Assembly: GCA_951406725.2 (NCBI GenBank)
Contig: OX597820.1
Coordinates: 94,550,001-94,614,000, forward strand
Source of the DNA: Octopus vulgaris
Taxonomy: Eukaryota
Reading direction: 5' to 3'
Length of the DNA stretch: 64,000 nucleotides
Shown: piece after piece, positions 39,611 through 52,950 of the stretch
Position numbering within the stretch: the stretch's first letter is position 1
How the letters are laid out: every line of letters begins with the position of its first letter
Program-made: the position numbers and the translations under genes
Notes under the pieces: generated by a model
Databases searched by the model: none
What the model saw: only the letters and a program-made list of their open reading frames with translations
What the model was told of the DNA's origin: nothing

Positions 39611-40634
39611 ATTGTTAGCCATTTAAGGGGCAGTTAGTACAAAAACAAAATATTGTGAACGACAAATCTGCTTTTTCCTATTCAGTCTCATTTCTTTACA
39701 TTATATTCATCCGGCATCGATGCGATATATAGCAGTAATATTCTAGAGTGGATCAACTGAATTGATCATGAACATGCCCTATTAAACATGTAGCTTTCGT
39801 TAATGTTAAAACCCAATGAAAGACGCACAACGTTGTCCATTAGCCAAATTATCATCTAAAAATCCACCGATGGAAGGATGAACTGTGGATTGCCTCCCAA
39901 AATCATAATCAAGACCTTAATGGCGTACAATGGTAGAGTGATTGATGAGAGAACGGAATATTTAACGATTTCATGATCATACCCAAAGCAAGTGTACTTT
40001 GTAGTTGATAGCTGCTACTGCTAATGATGATATCAGTGGTGATGATAACAATGTTGGTGATGATAATAGCATTATTGATGACGATGGAGGTGATGATGAT
40101 GATGATAATGATATCGGTGGTGACGAAGATGGTAACGATGATGGTAACGATTATGTAAATGAGAAGTAACGAATTCTGTATATTTCTTACGAGCTTTAAC
40201 GGCATATGTCAAATGAGTTTTTCTCATGTAATTGTAAGCAATATGCTGAATGTTGTCGTTTTCCATATGATAACATAAGCTGGACAATAAGCAAGCAATA
40301 ATATGACATCGCCTAAGCAAAAGAATTACTTTCGTGTGTGAATATATATCTAATTTTTATGAAGAAAAGAAATTGAAGGCACAACCTTAGATTAAAGAGA
40401 AAGTGTAATCTCCATGTCGATTGTGGTTGGATTATTTAACCAGTTTTTTTTTTCACCTTGCCGAAACCAGCAGAAAAAATACTCTTGGTTTTAAGCAAAA
40501 GATACGAAGAAAACTGTTAACAATATATATAAAAACATTACGAAGAGTGCATGTGCCGAACTTATTGCTATTTTACGATATCCAATATTATGTAAAGTTA
40601 TAGTAGGTACTATATAATCCAGATCATTGCTTAC

Positions 40635-40725
40635 CTGCCATCATCCGGAAAACTGAATGGTGTTACATTGAAGAATTGGGTTGTCCTTTTGGCATGAAAA
40701 AGCTTCAGAGCAGGGCAGTTATTTT
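40635..40725 (-). CDS. CUB2 N-terminal exon (91 nt): ENNCPALKLFHAKRTTQFFNVTPFSFPDDG
   Basis: tttgtAG acceptor, CAG|GTaagc donor, phase 1-2, same length as 34755-34845. Confidence 0.75.
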
Positions 40726-41715
40726 CTACAAATAGTCGAAATATTAAACATTACATTTGAGTTTGGAAAAATGTTTGAAGTACCAATATATCATAATACT
40801 GAAAATGTTTCTATAACACAGTATAATGCGGTATTGCATGTAGTTAGAGATAAGTAAACGAATTATTGTGTAATCTATTCTGATGTGCCATAAACTGTAC
40901 ACAACGGGCGTGCACTGTGGGCATATACGGTATTCCCAAAATACTGATAATAATTATGAAAATAACTATATAACTATAAAGATAGTAATGACGAATATAT
41001 CTATGATTCGACTTCGCTGTACAATGAATTGTTTGGATAAGATCTGGGTTAATCATTGCCTTGTGACTGGAAATTTTAGACTGAAACATATATTTATACT
41101 ATATACATACACATATTTATACACACGCACACACACAGATATATATGTACGCACAAACACACACATATATACATAGATATATATGCACGTACCCACACAC
41201 GCGCACACACACGCACAAACACACACAATATTTTGCTGATTTCTAATGTTCCATCTTCAAGTGTCCAGTCAGTCATATCGGTCCCAGTGACTACTCCTGT
41301 CTAGTACTTATTTTATCGAACTTGTGGAATCGTTCAGTTACAAAATATCTTCATCCAATTTTGAAGGTCTTCCACTGCGACTGTCATCTTCCAAGCTAAA
41401 CTCTCCTGCTTTAAATTTTGCAAACCACCTTCGAACAGCTGATTCACCTACAGCAACATCACCATAAACTTCACAAACGTTTTTGTAAGTCTTTGCAGCA
41501 TTCTCTCCTTTTTTTTTTAAATAAAGAACAGCATTACAACGCGAATATAAATTTATTTGTTATCTATTTCACAAGTCAATTAAAGGTAACCGGAATCAAG
41601 CAACGCCAAAGTTTTAACTGTTATATTTCAGGTGTGTTCAATAAGGCGTTAAAAGATTTAGCTTAAAATCTTTCAGAGCTTTCGAGACAACCTAATACAC
41701 ACACACACACACACA

Positions 41716-41786
<71 letters not shown>

Positions 41787-42747
41787 TTGTATACATATAT
41801 ATATATAGATATCTTGTAGAGTATTAGTAATAATGGTGCACCCCTCCCACGTGACGAATGAAATAACATGCGATAAGTAAAAAGAAGGACATGAAGTACC
41901 AGAGTACGTAGTAGTCGGTCAGAGATAGTCGTGTCTTTACTGATCTTACTAAGTATACTGTATACTAAAGTGGATATAAGAGTGGCAACGAGGATTTAAA
42001 CAACGCATGACAAATTAATAAACGCGAAAAGAATTTAGACAACTCACGAGGAATGAATAAACTTTACGGGGATAAACCAATTTATGTGGAGCTAATAGAA
42101 ACTCGAAGAGGAGTTAATAAACTCACAAAGTGGATGTACGAATTTTACGAATATTTGTAAAAGTATGGAAAATACTGGTGTTGATGTAACGACTATCCCC
42201 CCCCTCCCTCATATTTCAAGCCTCGTGTTTATGATAGAAAGGATTATTATTAATATTACTAAGGCAGCGAGTTGGTAGAATCGTTAGCATGCTGGACGAA
42301 ATGCTTATCGTCGCTACCTTCCAAGTTCAAAGTCCGTCGAGATCGACTTTACCTTTAATCCCTTCAGGGTCGGTGAAATAAGTACCAGTTGAGTACTGGT
42401 GTCGATGCAGTCGTCTAGCCCCATCCCACTAAATTTCAGACCTTGTGCTTTTAGAAGAAAGGATTAAACGATTATTGTTGTTGTTATTGTTGTTATCATC
42501 ATTATCATTATTATTATTATTATTATTTTTATTAAGTCGGGGAGCTGACAGAATCGTTACCGCGCTCGACGAAATGCTTAACGGTATTTTGCCCGCCGCT
42601 ACTGTCTGAGTTCAAATTCCGCCGAGGTCGACTTTGCCTTTCATCCTTTCGGGGTCGAATACATAAGAACCTGTAACGCACTGGGGTCGATGTAATCGAC
42701 TTAATTCCTTCCCCCAAATTTGAGATCTTGTATTTCCAGTAGAAAGA

Positions 42748-42792
<45 letters not shown>

Positions 42793-42809
42793 TTAGTTTT
42801 TTTATTTTT

Positions 42810-43211
42810 ATAGCGCGCTTTCACTTCACTACTGAGCGCAGCTCTGTGTGCCTTGGGTATGTGCTGTGATTTGTTGTGATACTCTGATGGTTACTGTATG
42901 GAAAGTGTTCTGCGTAGGATGTGTGCAATGCCTAGTAGTGCAATTTTCTGTATGTTATATGTGTTTGTAAGTCCTGGTGTTTTTGTTATGTATTTGTCCG
43001 AATATTTTTTTATCATGCCTAATGCACCTACTATGATAGGAATTGTTTGTTTTTACATTCCACATTCTAGTTACCTCTATTTCCAGGTCTTTGTATTTTG
43101 AAAGTTTCTCCATTTCTTTTAGACACACGTTGTCATCTGCTATATCTGGTCTGTTGTACTTAATTTCTCTATCTGTGTGTATTGGCATATCCCAGAGTAT
43201 GTTTGCTTATA

Positions 43212-43264
<53 letters not shown>

Positions 43265-44830
43265 TTTTTATCACGTGCTTTCACTGCACTACCAGGCGCA
43301 GCTCTATGAGCCTTGGGTATGTACTGTCGTTGTGATGCTCTCATTTTTACTGTACTGAAAGTGTTTTACGTAGGATGTGTGTGGTACAAGTTGTGCTATT
43401 TTTTTTGTTATATATACTTGTCAATCCTGGTGTTTTTGTTATGTATTTGTCAAAATATCTTTTTAATCATATCTAATGTGCCTACTATGATAGGAATTGT
43501 TTCTTATTTTGGACTCCACATTCGAGTTACCTCTATTTCCAGGTCTTTGTATTTTGAAAGTTTCTCATTTTATTTTAGAGAAACATTGTCATCTGTTGGT
43601 ATTGATACATCAATAAAACATTTTTTTTCTTGATCTCTATTGGCCTTAATTTCTCTGTCTGAGTGTATTGGCATATCTCAGAGTACGGTTGCTTTCTCAT
43701 TTTCTGTGACCTTTTAGGTGCTATGGCTTCTTTTTTGTATTTGTCAGCTTCTTTAAAGACTGAAAACGTTATTTTGTTTTGTTCGTGTTTTGTGGTTATT
43801 TGTATTAGTTTTCCTTGCTTCTGATGTAGGTCTTTGGTGGTTATTTTGTAATAGTTTTCTAGCTGTATAAGGCATCTACCACCTTCCATACGTTGTATAT
43901 ATAACCTTTCTATGTCAGAGTTTGGGTGGTGCATCCTAAGTCCTGTCATTATATTTCTTGTTTTCCTGTCTATTTTGATTAATTCATTTAGAGACCAGTT
44001 AAGAATATTGTAGCTGTAACTTATAACTGGGACGGCTAGAGTGTTGATACCTATTATCTTGTTTTTCGCATTGAGCTCTGTTTTCTGTATTAATCTAATT
44101 CGTCTATAGTATTCTTTTATCTTCTCTTTCATTTGTATGTGTTGCATCGTATCTAGTTCATTGATTCCGAAGTATTTGTATGTCTGGCTTTGATCTAATT
44201 CTCTTATTTAATTTGCATTGCCTAGTGTAATGTTGCGACTCTTAACTAGTTTTCCACTCTTCAAAGTTGCTTTGGTACATTTCTCTAAGTCAAATTTCAT
44301 GTTTATTTCTGTAGTAATACATGTACTGTCTGTAGTAATGTTTCCAGCTGTTTATCATTTGTAGCGTACAGTTTTAGATCATCCATATATACGGTGTGGC
44401 TGATTGCTTTACCGTAACAGTTGTATGCACATCCAGTTCTATTTAGCTGGTCAGATAAAGGTGTCAGTGCCAAGCAGGAAAGGAGTGGAGAGGGTGTATC
44501 TTCCTAGAATATTCTTCTTCTAATGGCTTTGGCTTTTATGTGTCACTCTTTTGTCTGGAGCTGGAGCACTGTCTACTATTTATTTATCGAATATATTATA
44601 TTATTTATGATTATTGGTGCTACCTTGTTCATGGCTAATTTTTCTAAGATTCGTGTGTGGGAAATACTATCAAAAGCCTTTTGGTAATCGATCCAGGGCA
44701 TACTTAGACCATTCTTCTTTCTGCGACTGTCTTCAATTATGGCTTTATAGATCAGTAGCTGATCCGTATGAGCCCTTGCAGCATCCCTTCTGCACTTCTG
44801 GAAACATATTGTTTTCTTCCAGATGCTTGC
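42810..44830 (-). mobile_element. R4/Dong-like RLE LINE fragments (two 3' ends at about 42810-43200 and 43265-44830, separated by (TTA)n)
   Basis: NRPDI, KLSKYKDLEIE, INTLAVPVISYS, HHPNSDIERLY, WIDYQKAFDS. Confidence 0.85.
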
Positions 44831-47800
44831 TCATGATCAATGGTTTCATTTTGTTGTCGACATACATGATATGTTGGGCTACTGCCGTTCTTTAATATGT
44901 TGGCCTGGTAGTTTCTTGTTGGTAGGCATTGATCTTGAGCTGCTATGATAAACCCTTCTGTTTCAGATTTTAAGCAAGAGGCCATTAGCCATTGATAGGC
45001 CAGGGCTTTGTCAATATCTGCATTATTCGCTCTCTTTGGGTATTTGCCATAGAGAGGTTTTTCTTGCCATTCATTATTCAGAATATCTAAGGCCGCAGTT
45101 TTGGCACGGGTTTTCATACGCTTAGCTTTTTGTGTGCTTGTTTCTTGTATGACTATCTCTAATTCTGAAATTTGTTGTATTCGGAATTCACTTAGATATT
45201 CCTTTGCCTGTTTTGTTACTGAGTATGATGCTTTCTTGTTTTCATGTTTTGAGACAAGTTTTAACATTCAGTCCTCAGACTTTTTCAGGTAGGTGTCTAG
45301 GCCAATTGTAGCAATCTTCATTGTTATTGCCAGTTGTAAAAGACCACGGCCTCCCACTTTTCTTAGCAGATAAAGTCGTTCTGTATCTGCCTTAGGGTGG
45401 TGCATTCTATGCATTGTCAACAGTTGTCGTATTTTTCTGTCAAGCTGACATATTTCAGTAATTGACCAGTTAACGATATTGAAACTGTAAGCCACGACTG
45501 GTATGGCTAATGCATTGATCGCTTCGATCCTGTTTCTTGCTTTCAGCTCTGTCTTGAGTATTGCTCTCCCTCTTCGATAACATTCTCTCCTGATCCTTTC
45601 CTTCATCTCTGAATGCCTTATTCCATCCCCTTCAATTACCCCTAGGTACTTGTAGCTCTCCGCTGGGTCTAGTTCTTTTATGACATTCTGCTGGTCAATG
45701 TTAACGTTAGATGTTTCTGTCATTTTTCCTTTGATAAAGGTAGCTTTTGCACATTTATCGAGGCCAAATTGCATTCTGATGTCGTCACTGAATTGTTTGA
45801 CTATCGCTAGTAAGCCCTTGAGTTGTTGGTCATTTTCTGCAAAAAGCTTTAAATCATCCATGTAAATGAGATGATTTATATTTTTATCAAACATTTTATA
45901 TCCGTACTGCGCGTCATTGAGCAGTTTTGAGAGAGGTATTAAGGCTAAACAAAAGAGGAGTGGTGACAGTGAGTTACCCTGGAAAATGGCACATGAAATT
46001 TTTACATCACCAGCATTTAGGGATTCATTGTCACTGTTCAAAGTTAGTGTGGTTCTCCATGATCTCATACTTGCAGTCAAAAAGTTTCGCAGAGTAGGTG
46101 CTCTCTTATACATTTCCAGGCATTTCTTAATCCAGCTATGTGGTAGGCTATCAAAAGCCTTTTTATAGTCTATCCAGGCTATTGACAAGTTTTTGTGTCG
46201 TTTGTGACAATCTTCTAAGATCATCTTATTGATGAGTAGTTGGTCTTTACAACCGTAACGTCCACGTTTACATCCTTTCTGTTCATTAGGGAATATGCTG
46301 CTGTCTGTTAAAAAACTATAAGTATATTCCGTCAGGACAGATGTTAGCGTTTTATACATAGTTGTTAAGCAGGTTATGGGTCTATAGTATTTTGGTTCAT
46401 TTGTTTCTTCACTTTTTGGAAGCAGGAATGTTAACCCATTAACTAGCCAAGGAAGCATCCTACTAGGGTGTTGCAAAACATCATTGTACAGTTCTGTCAG
46501 CAGTTCATGGCTCTCTGGGAAGGCATTCAGCCAGAAGTTAGGAATGTTATCCTTTCCTGGAGACTTCCATTTGCTTGACCTCCTGAGAGCAGATCTTATA
46601 TCTTCTACCTTGACACCCTCCTACTTTTGCTCTTCTAAGGAGTCCAGTTCTGTAGATATTGTCAATCCAGGGGGCCTTTTCGTTATGTGTTTTTTCTTCT
46701 GCCCAAATTTTATTCCAAAATCCCTGCACTTCTTCTTTTGATGGTACAGACCTTACAGTAACTGCTGTTTTTCCTATCTTCCTGTAAAAATTTTTGGGGT
46801 TATTTTTGAACATGTTGTCCTTGAAAAATCTAACACGCTTTTCATACCTCGCTATGCGGGCAGCTTTGGCAGATACTTTTTGTTTGGTGGTTGGTTTCTA
46901 TGGTGGCATCAATATCAAGTATAGTTCTCATATTATATTTTTTCATTAATTTTTGGGTTTTTGCAGGTTTGGTAGTCTTGTGAACCTTAAGGTTTTTCAA
47001 GTATTCAATGTCAGATCTAAATAGTTTAATTTGTTGTTGCAAACGCTCTTGCCAAGAAGGCTTTTTGTGGGAATGTTGCCGTTTTCTAATCTTCACACTA
47101 CATAGGATCGTTGAGATTTTCGCGGATGCATAGTATAGGTGGTTGAGATTTGTGATATCAACATCATTAGCTGAAATTATATCCTTAAATGCAAGCCGGA
47201 TTTTACCAATTATTTTCATGTTTTGGTTAGAGTTGCGGATTTTAGGGAGTGCATCGCGTTCATCCGTGCTGGTTTCTTTAATTTTCAGCCATTCAATCAT
47301 GATTTGATTTTTTAGCTCATGTAGTTCTGTTGGGTCAATATTTGTGTGACTTTCTTTATCTATTTGATGTTCATATGTCTTAGTGTTTATGATTGGTTCA
47401 GGGAGTATTTCACTTTGCCTATCACTTATACTAACTCTTTCAATCCTTACTTCGTTTATATCAGCCCTGGGCTGGTCTATAATCATTTCCTCTGTATTAT
47501 CTTCTCTAGCTGCAGTTTCGTTCATTTTATCCGTTACTGCTTGTCTAACTTGATCAATCTCTACTTCAGTCAGTAATTTTTTTTTTATAATGTTTGTTAC
47601 TGTCTATGTAGGGTCTTGCTTCAGAGTGTTTCTGTCTCCAGTTTAAGTATGTTTGTTCAGTGTTAGATTTATCTGCGGGGGAATATATGGGCTGGTAGAA
47701 GGCCGCAAGAACTTCTTTATTATCTTCCCTAGACCATTTTTCCTTCTTTTTCTTTTGATTATTTGGTGACGAGCATGGATGGCCATCTGTTGGAATATTC

Positions 47801-48250
47801 CGGTTGTGGGGTACGTCCAGCTCCTGTGTGTTGGGAAGATTTGATCCATTAGCTGATTTTTCAATCAGAATTTGGTTCAATTTTCGGGTACGTGGTCTTT
47901 TGTAATCCGCGCGATGACCATTGCGGTTTGTAGTTTGTTTTGTTGACATTGAAGCATGACGAGCTTCCACTCTTACATTAGGAGATGGATTTGTCAGTTT
48001 AGGGTTCTCTACACGTAAGCATTGCTCGTAACGCAGCTTCTTAAGGCTAGCAGATCTGTATTCGTCTGTATTTTTTTGATAGTTTTATCTCCGAACATTT
48101 TTTCCCTTTTCTTTTCCTTCTCTTCTTTTTTCCTCTCTCTTTTTTCTTTCTCCTTCTTCCCCTTTTTCCTTCCTTCTTTTCCCTTCCTTCTTTTCCCTTC
48201 CTCTTTTAAACTTATAAAAGGCTCACTCTGCTTGTATTTGTTCGAAAAAA
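44831..48250 (-). mobile_element. long R4/Dong-like LINE (5' region through RT to the zinc knuckle), frameshifted, 3' end lost at a junction with the neighbouring element
   Basis: ORFs 47566-47970, 46842-47525, 45268-46476 (YRPITCL, EQKGC, WIDYKKAFDS, LSPLLF, YMDDLKL, YKYLG) and 44752-45267. Same family as 21536-22840. Confidence 0.9.
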
Positions 48251-49073
48251 ATGAGAGTAAAATACGAAAAAAAAAAGGATCTGTCAGTTATTGTTATTAT
48301 TATTATTATTACCATTACCATCATCATCATCATCAATGATATTGTTTTATGTGTAGTCACAGCAGTATCTTATTATTGTTATTTTTGTTTTTGTCATTAT
48401 CACCATCACCACCACTACTGCCATTGTGTGGGGGAGCAGTTGGTTGAAGAGGTCATGTTCTATGGGTCTATAAATAGATTTAGCAGATGGTGGAGAGATA
48501 GCCCAAGAGACAAAGGACATTAATGGTCAGGAAAGGTCAAACCTGTTTACATTTATTTTTTTTTTTCCTTTCTCTTTTCTTCCTTTCCACATACATATGT
48601 ATATGTATACTCACACACACATATTATCTGATGTTCACGTCGATGATTTTTTAAATTTATGAATTCAATGTTATGTATATATTTTTTTTAATTTATGAAT
48701 TCAATTGTATGTATATATTAGCAGGTGCTTACTTCCATAATTTTTTATCGTACATTTAATTGTGTTGTTACAATAAAGGCAGTTTTACACATTCTTATAG
48801 TCATGGAAGAAGGGACGACAAAATGTTCACACAAAATTGGAGATATTTATTTTTCTAATTTTTTTTTGTTAGGTTTTCGTTTGTATGTCCTAAGATGTAG
48901 ATATGTAAGTTCCTTAACTTATTTCGAGGGAATTTCAAATTACTCACAGAAAACAGTAGATCTTCCAGTTTTTTACAGTTGTGTTTTTCAGTTGTCCTGC
49001 TGGGTTAGCTACTGCCAGTTCAGAGCATCGAAAAAATACGTCCAGCCTCTGTCACGTCCAGCCGCCTTCCCTC

Positions 49074-49146
<73 letters not shown>

Positions 49147-49521
49147 CATTATTATTATTATTATTCTTTATATGAAGCAGATAAGGACCAAATTTAATTC
49201 TCACTAAGATGCCAGCCACCGTGAACTACAAGTTGACAAACAACTCGTCAATGTATCTTATGGAGCTGTATTTTACAGTGGGGAATTATATAATCTTGTG
49301 ATATTTACTTACAGATATAAGGGTCATAAGAGTTAATAATCTTGTCTATGGATTTATGACGGTAGTGGATGATAAGATATAAGCTACTGACTTTACAAAG
49401 ACAAATAGAAATGTAAATAAGTATCTAGAAAACATGATGCAGTGAGTTTTAAAATAATCTACTTTAATTCTCTTTATTTCTGCACCACTGATTAATTAGA
49501 ATTCCATAAAAATCCACTTAC

Positions 49522-49671
49522 CTTTCGGTTCAGAATAATGAACGGCAGTGAAGCGAGTTGCATGTTTAATGTGACCAGTGACTCGAACGAAAAGATGGCT
49601 GCCAGTAGATTTCAAGGAAGGAGTTTCTCTACCACAGAATTTCTTCAGTAACAATCCGTGATCGTTTGGTC
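49522..49671 (-). CDS. CUB1 C-terminal exon (150 nt): GPNDHGLLLKKFCGRETPSLKSTGSHLFVRVTGHIKHATRFTAVHYSEPK
   Basis: cattAG acceptor, AAG|GTaagt donor, open frame, CUB consensus. Confidence 0.85.
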
Positions 49672-51269
49672 CTAATGTTTTAATAAGAATAATAAATAAA
49701 GATTTATATCAAAGGCACTCGTCTAGAAGATTTTGTGGGAAGGGACCAAATACACATAACTCAGTATATACGTAATTGATCATAATTATCGACGTCTGAA
49801 TGATAATATACAGGATTTGAACTCAGAAGTAAAGCGTACAAGCAGTTTGTCTAACGCCATACTGTATCTGTCACCCATTGGTTAAAGGCAATATTTTGGT
49901 TTTAACGTTAAGGGAAATAACCTTGAATGAGTTATTGTGATTGTGTTGGTGTTTCACCAACGTTATTTCTTATTTAATTATATGTTTGAAAGCTGAGTCA
50001 ACGGAGAGGAGTTACAACTAAATGAATTCTCCAGGCTGTTTAAATGCAAAAGCCTCGGATATCCAAGTAGCTAAAAAGTGTACGCAGAAGGGTACCCAGG
50101 AATCATGACTTGGATGTAGCCCGGCCCTCTTAGAATGTGTAGCGTATAGTTATCAAATTTCAAAGCTAGGATTCGAAAGCAAATCCACATTTTCCCACAA
50201 ATTCTTGGACAATCGTCTTCGCCTGTTGCACCAAGAAATTTATGAGAAAAACCTAACCTGTCCTGTGAATCATACATGAGTCAGAAATGATGCAAAGGAG
50301 AAATTCTTTGTACAGACATACATACATACATATACACATACATACATACATACATACATACATACATACATACATACATACATACATACAAACATACATA
50401 CATATAAGTATGTGTGTGTGTGCGCGCATGTGTATACGCGCATACGCGTGTAAGATTGTGCCGGCGTGTTTAAACATGCGAAACTCCTGGAAAACATTGA
50501 AAAGCTCCAACTACATCGAATTAGACTGAAAGCTGGGTGGTCTCCAGTTTAAATATTATTATACATCACTACTCACATATATTCAAAGAATATTTTAACT
50601 TGATCAATGTCTACGTAGTTCTAAGGAATTTTCCAACGTCAAAAAAATCAAGATCTTCTCATCATATGGCTGAGTAAACATTACTTGAAAAACAACATTG
50701 ACTGCGTTGATTGTACACTTCTCTGAGTAACAGTGGTTGTAAGATTTCATCTTGTGTGAGCCAATGTAATTTCGTAGATTGTTCAATTACCAAATACAAG
50801 AATTTCTGGAAATTAAGGCTTGTTTACGTTTCGATTACGTATCACGTACGTAAAGATCACCGAAACTATGTGAGTTGTTCAAGAATGGAGAATTTCACTT
50901 TATTTTGTTTTAACCTGGCCAGTTTTAAGGTAAGACAAACAAAGGTTTTTAATTATTATTATTCTCTCTTTTCCTGATAATTTTATTGTTATTGTCACGT
51001 ATCTGGTGTTAGATTGATATTTATCGCTGGCACTGAGCTGTGTCTCGATCTATATATTTGCATTATATGGATCTAACTTTATCTCTCTGCCTTCCTCTCT
51101 CTCTCTCTCTCCCTATATGTGCATGCTTGTGTATGACTCTCTCTCTCTCTCATTCTCTCTAGGTATATACAGCAAAGATATCTCTCTCTCTCTCTCCATC
51201 TCGAGGTATATACAGGAAAGATGTGGCAAAATTGGAAAATCAAAGTACTGCAATTACTTCTGCGAGCAT

Positions 51270-52950
51270 GCAATTATTTCTCGGCAGCACTAAAGCGTAT
51301 TGGTTTCACCAGAACTACAGCCCGCACACAGCGGAAGAAACTCGAATTACCCCGTTCATATGACCTGATTAGATCACACATCAACATCCTGGGTGCCATT
51401 TAGAGAGAGAGTGTGGAAAGGAAAAGAAAAGTCTCTCGGACCCAGCGGATCCATTAAAGAATAAAACAGAAGTCACGACTCAGAGACCTGCTAACGAAGA
51501 AAACACTAAACAATGATAAAACAAAACCTCCCAGAAACAATGAAGAGCAAGAAGAAAAGAAAAAGAAAGGAAGAAGAAAAATTTGGAGCAAAACAGATCT
51601 CCAACAATGAAGGCAATAGAAATAGGAGGTACAAAAGCAAAAGTAGAAACATATGCAGATTTTACCTGCAAGGAAACTGCTGGCATGATGGCGATGGTAT
51701 AGACTTCTGTTTTGCATATCTGTAGTCCTGCCTAAACTGCATGGACCTACAACAGAACTCATTTCCAGGAGGAGAACAAACAAAAAAAAACGCACACTGT
51801 CTGCTCCTAAAATACAATAAGCAGACGTAATGCATGCTACTCCAAAAACTCAGCCTTCTTCAGATCTGAAAAGAGCAGCTGCTGAACAAAAATCTTTTCT
51901 GGCTACGTCAAGCACATACTGGAAACCACACTCATCCCCACACGAGGCCACCACATATAACAAGGTAGAAGATAGCCATCACTGTTACCAATAAATGCGT
52001 TGCTCCAATATTTCTATTAAGCATCGGAAGTCTGTTGCACTACAAGTACAAAACAAAAATCTCTTCCTGAAAGACTTTGCTGCATGCAATCAGGCTCTAT
52101 GCATAGCACTTGTGGACACGTATCTTAGGCCTGATATAAGGGATGCAGAAGTACACATACCAAAATATGTTGTAATACGAACTGGCAGAAGTGAAAGGAG
52201 ACACGATGGAGCTGCAGTATACATCTGTGAGTAACTCACATTCCAGATCCTGTTGTCATATTCAAATTCAGTACGTGACAGCAATATTGAACACATGAGA
52301 CGAATTAATATTATGTGTACTATATATCACCCTCCAGATAATCCAAATCATACAGGCGAGTTTGAAGATTGCCTCGCAAAGATAGATGTTATCACCAAAT
52401 TGGAGCTACACATGAGTGTATTCCTTTTGAGTGACTTCAACTTCCTCAATGTAGGCTGGCCTGAGGACCTCATGCCCTCAGGAATGACACACTACCAACA
52501 AGTACGGGTGGAGTCGCTGATTAACCTTACTAATGCTTCATTCATGGAGCAAATTGTATTGTAACAAATCCGGGCAAATAATATACTGGTTTTCTGCTTA
52601 AACAAACAATATGCATATCATCCTTAATGTCCAAGTGGCACCGACACTAGTCTCACATCATGATATAATAGAGCTGCCTATGTATGAACCAAAATATCCC
52701 GCAGAAATAGAGTCTATACGAAACATCAGAAATCTCTTCAGTCTGAGATTTCATAAAGCAAAATGGAAATCGAGTGAGAAAAAGATCCTCAAACGGGATT
52801 GGCTTAAATGTCTCTCTACACTAAACATTGACATGAAACTCGAACATTTTATATCCGTAATGGAAGTCAAATCTGTCTCAGAGAACAAAGCCAACACACG
52901 CAAGAACGAGATCTCTTGGTAGAGGAAAATTCTTATGAGATGATGAACAA
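51270..52950 (+). mobile_element. decayed 5' part (ORF1 remnant plus APE) of the CR1 family seen at 26910-29878
   Basis: FLKDFAACNQALCIALVDTYLRPDIRDAEVHIPKYVVIRT aligns with FLRDFVACNQAICIALTETHLKPDIADAELHIPQYAVLRT; many stops. Confidence 0.85.

Larger units (their letters stand above)
21197..50165 (-). pseudogene. gene for three CUB domains plus a transmembrane segment, with disabling lesions; exons 50165-49906 (decayed), 49671-49522, 40725-40635, 38452-38331, 36067-35918, 34845-34755, 32647-32514, 24804-24655, 21396-21197
   Basis: Phase-compatible exons in a repeating 91 / 122-134 / 150 nt pattern translate to CUB motifs (FTSPDF, YCKWFI, QWIV, C...Y.AVYEG, LLKKFC, IGQFCG, GFMAVY), then a TM helix. 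In-frame TAGs at 38398-38400 and 32578-32580, a lost acceptor at 38453-38454, and several stops plus a frameshift in the first exon. Confidence 0.8.

Noticed and set aside
40844-41089. Minus-strand ORF with a hydrophobic stretch YIVIFIIIISILGI
   Set aside because: The hydrophobicity is explained by AT-rich composition, and the phase does not fit the CUB exon chain.
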